This document shows positions 34,887 through 39,096 of a DNA stretch of 39,096 bases, piece by piece. Under the pieces are notes generated by a model. The model saw nothing but the letters and a program-made list of their open reading frames with translations, ran no database searches and had not been told where the DNA came from. The translations under genes were made by a program, and so were the position numbers. The stretch spans positions 1 to 39,096 of the forward strand of contig JAVBTG010000040.1 of assembly GCA_031556275.1 (NCBI GenBank). Direction: 5' to 3'. Position 1 is the stretch's first letter. The number at the start of each line of letters is the position of its first letter. The DNA comes from Opitutales bacterium. Lineage in GTDB: Bacteria; Verrucomicrobiota; Verrucomicrobiia; Opitutales; JAKPNF01.

Positions 34887-34919
34887 GGCGGGTGCGTGTT
34901 TGAAAGCTCCTTTAAAAAC

Positions 34920-36539
34920 TCAAAGCCGGTACATCACCGCCGAGATACCGTCCATATCCAGCACGCAGCCGCCGGAAGTCAGCTTCAAATCGACCTTGCC
35001 GAACGCGGCGACCACTTCGGCCGCGCCCATTCCGGGAACGCCGAATTCCGCGCTCGCCGGTTTGCCCGAGGGGTTGACGGCGGTCACAAAGCGACTGTCC
35101 CCGAGCTTGCGCTCGAACACCAAGGGATAAGTGTCTTTGAGCGCGTAAAGCGGGATAAACTCGCCCTCCGCGCCCAGCGCGGGATGCTCGCGGCGCAGCT
35201 TTATCAGCTTGCGCGTGTAGTTCAGCAGCGAATCCGGATCGTCCTGCTGCGCCTCGACGCTCACCGTGTCCGCCTCTTTGCCCAGCGGCAGGTAAAAATC
35301 TTTTTCATTGGCCGTGGAAAAGCCCGCGCCCGGCCCCTTGCTCCACTGCATGGGCGTGCGCGCCCCCGTGCGGTTGTAGCCGCCCTCCTTGCTGACAAGG
35401 CCGTAGACGTAATCCATGCCGATCTCGTCGCCGTAATACAAAAACGGCACCCCGGGAAACGCGAACAACGCGGTGTAAAGCACCTTCAGTTCCTCTAGGG
35501 AGCGGCCTTGGCGGATGCGGCCGAAGTCGTGGTTGCCCGTGGGGATCGACATATAGCCCTTGCCGCCCATCTGAGAAAGCTGGTCGATCACCTCGTTGAC
35601 GAACAGCAGCGCGTCGCCCTGCCCGTCCTTGTCGAAATAGCTGCGCCGCCCGCCGCCCGCGTAGGGCGAATTGGGCACGCGCTCCATTTCCTGACGGAAG
35701 ACAGAGGTATACCCCGGCAGCCCGAAGTGCACCAAAAAATCGACGTGGAACGACGCGTTGATCGCCTTCGCCGGGTTCGACCATTCGGAGACCAACACCG
35801 CCTCGGGATAATGCGTTTCCATCCAGCCGCGGATGTCGCCCCAGAGGATCTGCAGGCCCTCGTAGCTTTTTTTGCCGCGCACGAGGCTGCTGGCCATGTC
35901 CACGCGGAAACCGTCGCACCCCATGTCGAGGTAGAACTTCATGATGTTGCGCAGCTCGTCGCGCACCGCGAGGGCGTCGGGGTGGTCCATCGGCAACTGC
36001 CACTGCTCCTGCCCCTCGTCGACAGGATAAAACCCGTAGTTGAGCGCGGGCTGTGAATGAAAAAAGTTGACGATAAAACTTCCCTCGCGGTCGGCGTAAC
36101 CGTGGATCGCGCGGTAACCGCCGCAGTCCCACGCGTCCCACTGCTTGGTCCACATGTAATAGTTGGAATACTTGTTTTTCTGGGCCTTGCAGGAATCGAG
36201 GAACCACGAACATTCGTTCGACGAATGCCCCGCCACGAGGTCGAGGATCACGCGGATGCCGTTTTCGTGGCACTTGTCGATAAACGCCTTCAAATCGTCG
36301 TTTGTGCCGTAGCGTTCGGCGACCTTGTAAAAATCGCGCACGTCATAGCCCGCGTCGCGGAACGGCGAGTCGAAACACGGGTTGAGCCAGATCGCGTCGC
36401 ATCCCAGTGATTTCACATAACCGATTTTTTCGATCATGCCGCCGAAATCACCGATGCCGTCCCCGTTCGAATCCTTGAAGGACTGGGGATAAATTTCATA
36501 AAAGACCGAATTTTTAAGCCAGGCGGGGATATGAGACAT
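34920..36539 (-). CDS. GH13 alpha-amylase-family glycosidase (oligo-1,6-glucosidase/TreS-like)
   Basis: YEIYPQSF.DSNGDGIGD, DAGYDV, DLVAGH, GFRVDMA (nucleophile), VSEW (acid/base), GNHD, YYGDEIGM, RTPMQW. Confidence 0.95.
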   Translation of the reverse strand: MSHIPAWLKNSVFYEIYPQSFKDSNGDGIGDFGGMIEKIGYVKSLGCDAIWLNPCFDSPFRDAGYDVRDFYKVAERYGTNDDLKAFIDKCHENGIRVILDLVAGHSSNECSWFLDSCKAQKNKYSNYYMWTKQWDAWDCGGYRAIHGYADREGSFIVNFFHSQPALNYGFYPVDEGQEQWQLPMDHPDALAVRDELRNIMKFYLDMGCDGFRVDMASSLVRGKKSYEGLQILWGDIRGWMETHYPEAVLVSEWSNPAKAINASFHVDFLVHFGLPGYTSVFRQEMERVPNSPYAGGGRRSYFDKDGQGDALLFVNEVIDQLSQMGGKGYMSIPTGNHDFGRIRQGRSLEELKVLYTALFAFPGVPFLYYGDEIGMDYVYGLVSKEGGYNRTGARTPMQWSKGPGAGFSTANEKDFYLPLGKEADTVSVEAQQDDPDSLLNYTRKLIKLRREHPALGAEGEFIPLYALKDTYPLVFERKLGDSRFVTAVNPSGKPASAEFGVPGMGAAEVVAAFGKVDLKLTSGGCVLDMDGISAVMYRL

Positions 36540-36612
36540 AAGAATTTTCCTTCTAAAATTCGATATGCTAGGATGTCCCCTAGGGAGGTTGCAATGGCAA
36601 TATCGCCATGCG

Positions 36613-37224
36613 TTAAGTTAGGCCTAACTCAACGAAAATATCGGGGATTTCCGCAGGCGAAAACAGCGCGCCCACCAAGAGAAAATAAACGGGCAATTCG
36701 TCTTTGGCCCATAGTAACGAGGTCTTTAGGCACACTTGGGCGATGGCAGAGACATCAAAACCCAATGACTCCAACGAATAACGCATGCGTTCGGGGTGGC
36801 GGCAGGAGGCGCCGCTCAAGCGAGCGCAACCGCCTTCCGGACAAAACCGGCAGGCTCCGGCGTGCAGGCTCAAAACGGCGGGATTTGATTCTTCCAATGC
36901 CAGCAACGCGGCATCAAAGCGCGGGCGGACATCGGCGAACAATTGCTCGATATAGGCTTTGCGGGCGCTGGCGTCCGATCGGGTGGCGGCGCGGACGGAT
37001 TGGGGAACGTCCAGTTTGAGGCCGACGATGTGCGCGGCGGGAAGATCGTCCAGCAGCGCCAGCGGCCGCGCGGCGTAAGGAGGACATGACCAGAGTCGCC
37101 CAAAGCGCGGGCATTGCTCGCACAACAAAAGGAATTTCGGCGCGTCGAGAAAACGCGTCTTCAGCTCGTCCGTTTTGAGGACGGCGTGCAACACTTTCGG
37201 CGGAAGCGGCGATGATTGGGCCAT
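36613..37224 (-). CDS. DUF2284-like predicted metal-binding protein
   Basis: CEQCPRFG..WSCPP; GACRFC..C.....CRHPE.MRYSLESLGFDV. Confidence 0.8.
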   Translation of the reverse strand: MAQSSPLPPKVLHAVLKTDELKTRFLDAPKFLLLCEQCPRFGRLWSCPPYAARPLALLDDLPAAHIVGLKLDVPQSVRAATRSDASARKAYIEQLFADVRPRFDAALLALEESNPAVLSLHAGACRFCPEGGCARLSGASCRHPERMRYSLESLGFDVSAIAQVCLKTSLLWAKDELPVYFLLVGALFSPAEIPDIFVELGLT

Positions 37225-37354
37225 GCAATTGAATTGTGCGGGCGACGGATCAAATTGCAAACACTCCTAAAAAAGCATCCGGCAAAAAACCTTGCCCTGC
37301 AGTTTTCAAAAGGACTTAATGAAACGCGTATTATCCAATAAATCCCCTTCCCCT

Positions 37355-38164
37355 ATGCAGATGAAAAAATCCTTGTTATCGCTGTGTCTATGCGCGTTGG
37401 CGTGCGCCGCCTTCGCCGCCGAACCGCCCAAGCCCCCGCTCCCGGCGGAGCCCGTGGCCCCCGGCTCCAAATGGCTGGTCAACGACCGCAAGCGGCCCGT
37501 TCCCCCGGTAGTGGCGCCCGCTCCTGTTTACGGACAGCCGCCCGCCGACGCCGATATCATTTTTGACGGAACCTCTTTAGACGCCCTCGAAACCGGCAAG
37601 GGGGAACCCTGCGACTGGGCGATCGACAACGGAATGTTGGTGACGACCAAGGGCACCATCCGCACCAAAAAAAGTTACGGATCGGTGCAGATGCACATCG
37701 AATGGCTCGTGGCTCCCAACACCGAGGGCAGCGACCAAAAGCGCGGCAACGGCGGCGTGTTCATGATGGGTTGCTACGAAATCCAAATCCATGACTCCTA
37801 CCAGAATCCCTCTTATGCCGATGGCCATGTGGGCGCTGTCTACGGGCAGACGCCTCCGCAGGTGAACGCCGCCAAAGCGCCGGGCAACTGGCAGGCGATG
37901 GACATTTTCTTCAACGCCCCGCAGACGGACGCCAACGGCAAGGTCGTCGAGCCCGCGCGGGTGTCGGTACTCGTCAACGGCGTGCTGGTGCAAAACAACA
38001 CTCCCATCCTCGGGCCCACGCGCAACCGCGTGGCGACCACCTACGACAATTTCAAGGTAGTCCCTTGGAAAATCCAATTGCAGGACCACAGGAACAACCC
38101 GCCGTTGCGCTACCGCAACATCTGGGTGCGCCCCATCCGCGAAACACATCCGTTGAAGGATTAA
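37355..38164 (+). CDS. Secreted DUF1080 (3-ketoglycoside hydrolase/lyase family) protein, copy 1 (start 37355 or 37361)
   Basis: Signal peptide; PPADADIIFDG, HIEW, GNGGVF, YEIQIHDS, YGQTPP, LQDH, YRNIWVR. Confidence 0.9.
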   Translation: MQMKKSLLSLCLCALACAAFAAEPPKPPLPAEPVAPGSKWLVNDRKRPVPPVVAPAPVYGQPPADADIIFDGTSLDALETGKGEPCDWAIDNGMLVTTKGTIRTKKSYGSVQMHIEWLVAPNTEGSDQKRGNGGVFMMGCYEIQIHDSYQNPSYADGHVGAVYGQTPPQVNAAKAPGNWQAMDIFFNAPQTDANGKVVEPARVSVLVNGVLVQNNTPILGPTRNRVATTYDNFKVVPWKIQLQDHRNNPPLRYRNIWVRPIRETHPLKD

Positions 38165-38213
38165 AAAGATTGCAAAGCGAACCTTTAAACAAAATTATAC
38201 CATTAGTATACCA

Positions 38214-39011
38214 ATGAAACTACTATCCCTTATTACTTACGCGGGCACGCTCCTGTGCCTGTGCCTCACCTGCCACGCTGCCGCCGTCAAACAGCAGGAG
38301 CCGCTGGCCCCCGGCTCGCCGTGGCTCGTGAACGACGCGAAACGCCCCCGCCCCGCCGCGCTTGCCGCCGCCGACGTCGTCGGGCAACCCCCGGCAGACG
38401 CCGACATCATCTTTGACGGCACCAGCACCGACGCGCTTATCACCCGCAAGGGCGAACCGTGCACATGGGTCATCGACAACGGCGAATTGGTGACTACCAA
38501 ATACGACTTGCAGACCAAGAAAAAATACGGGTCGGCCCAGTTGCACTTGGAATGGCTCGTGCAACCCAACCCCGAGGGAAAACCCCAGCAGGGCAACGGC
38601 GGCGTCTATATGATGGGGGCATTCGAGGTGCAAATCATCAACTCCTACGACATTGTTTTCTACGCCGACGGCATGCTGGGGGCCATGTATGGGCAGACGC
38701 CCCCGCAGCTCAACGTCGCCAAAAAGCCGGGGCAGTGGCAGACGATGGACATCATTTTCAACGCCCCCAAGGCGGACGACAAGGGCGTCGTCACGGAACC
38801 CGCCCGCATCACAGTACTGGTCAACGGTATTGTCGTGCAGAACAACACGCGCCTGCTCGGCCCCACCTACAACAAAAAGGCGTCCACCTACGACGGCTTC
38901 GTCGTCGAGGACGCCCCGATCTATCTGCAGGCGCACCCCGCGAACCCCGCCCTGCGCTACCGCAATATCTGGATCCGCCCGATCAAGGAATCCGATCCCC
39001 TGAAAGACTGA
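38214..39011 (+). CDS. Secreted DUF1080 protein, copy 2 (tandem paralog)
   Basis: Signal peptide; same motif order as copy 1; identical C-terminal PLKD. Confidence 0.9.
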   Translation: MKLLSLITYAGTLLCLCLTCHAAAVKQQEPLAPGSPWLVNDAKRPRPAALAAADVVGQPPADADIIFDGTSTDALITRKGEPCTWVIDNGELVTTKYDLQTKKKYGSAQLHLEWLVQPNPEGKPQQGNGGVYMMGAFEVQIINSYDIVFYADGMLGAMYGQTPPQLNVAKKPGQWQTMDIIFNAPKADDKGVVTEPARITVLVNGIVVQNNTRLLGPTYNKKASTYDGFVVEDAPIYLQAHPANPALRYRNIWIRPIKESDPLKD

Positions 39012-39031
39012 TCGCCCAGAACGTTCTGTTT

Positions 39032-39067
39032 AAAAGCGCGCACCCGTGTTTGGGTGCGCGCTTTTTT
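39032..39067 (+). terminator. Intrinsic terminator after the DUF1080 pair
   Basis: AAAAGCGCGCACCC-GTGTTT-GGGTGCGCGCTTTTTT. Confidence 0.9.
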
Positions 39068-39096
39068 GTCGTTTGCACCCGGCTGCATTCGCGCTA

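Noticed and set aside
34336-34890. CRISPR array or integron attC array suggested by the clustered hairpins
   Set aside because: Only two similar units, no constant repeat/spacer period, no cas or intI gene; the units are explained by tRNA-end duplication plus terminators.
34355-34903. Short ORFs 34355-34540, 34537-34764 and 34700-34903 as genes
   Set aside because: They run through inverted repeats, att-like sites and terminators and show no protein-like motifs.

Overview
GC-rich bacterial chromosome segment. The protein families and the general lack of Shine-Dalgarno motifs suggest Verrucomicrobiota (Opitutales-like); this is inference. 1-26.8 kb is mostly housekeeping: RlmI-type methyltransferase (truncated by the window edge), LptF/G, an NSS transporter with small subunit, alkaline phosphatase, yebC-metX-metW-mtaB, rnpA-yidD-yidC, rpmH, rubrerythrin, tRNA-Met-rpmG and malic enzyme. 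It also holds two Sel1-repeat proteins and a 5.4-kb secreted RHS/YD gene. A visibly AT-richer island of about 8 kb sits at the 3' end of tRNA-Gln(CTG) (about 26.8-34.85 kb). It encodes a large serine recombinase with an extra HTH-like tail, an unknown helical protein, a GHKL-ATPase/PD-(D/E)XK nuclease fusion and HipBA, and ends in two tRNA-end copies folded into hairpins. After it come a GH13 glycosidase, a DUF2284 protein and two DUF1080 paralogs. Best candidates for something new: (1) the minimal recombinase/defence island with its methyltransferase-less GHKL-nuclease and orphan helical gene; (2) an intact RHS shell with no toxin tip, no immunity gene and no autoprotease aspartates, carrying inserted GxGY beta-repeats; (3) a rearranged rpmH/rnpA-yidD-yidC locus with small AT-rich membrane-protein genes inserted. 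All calls are by eye from motifs; no database searches or computations were run.
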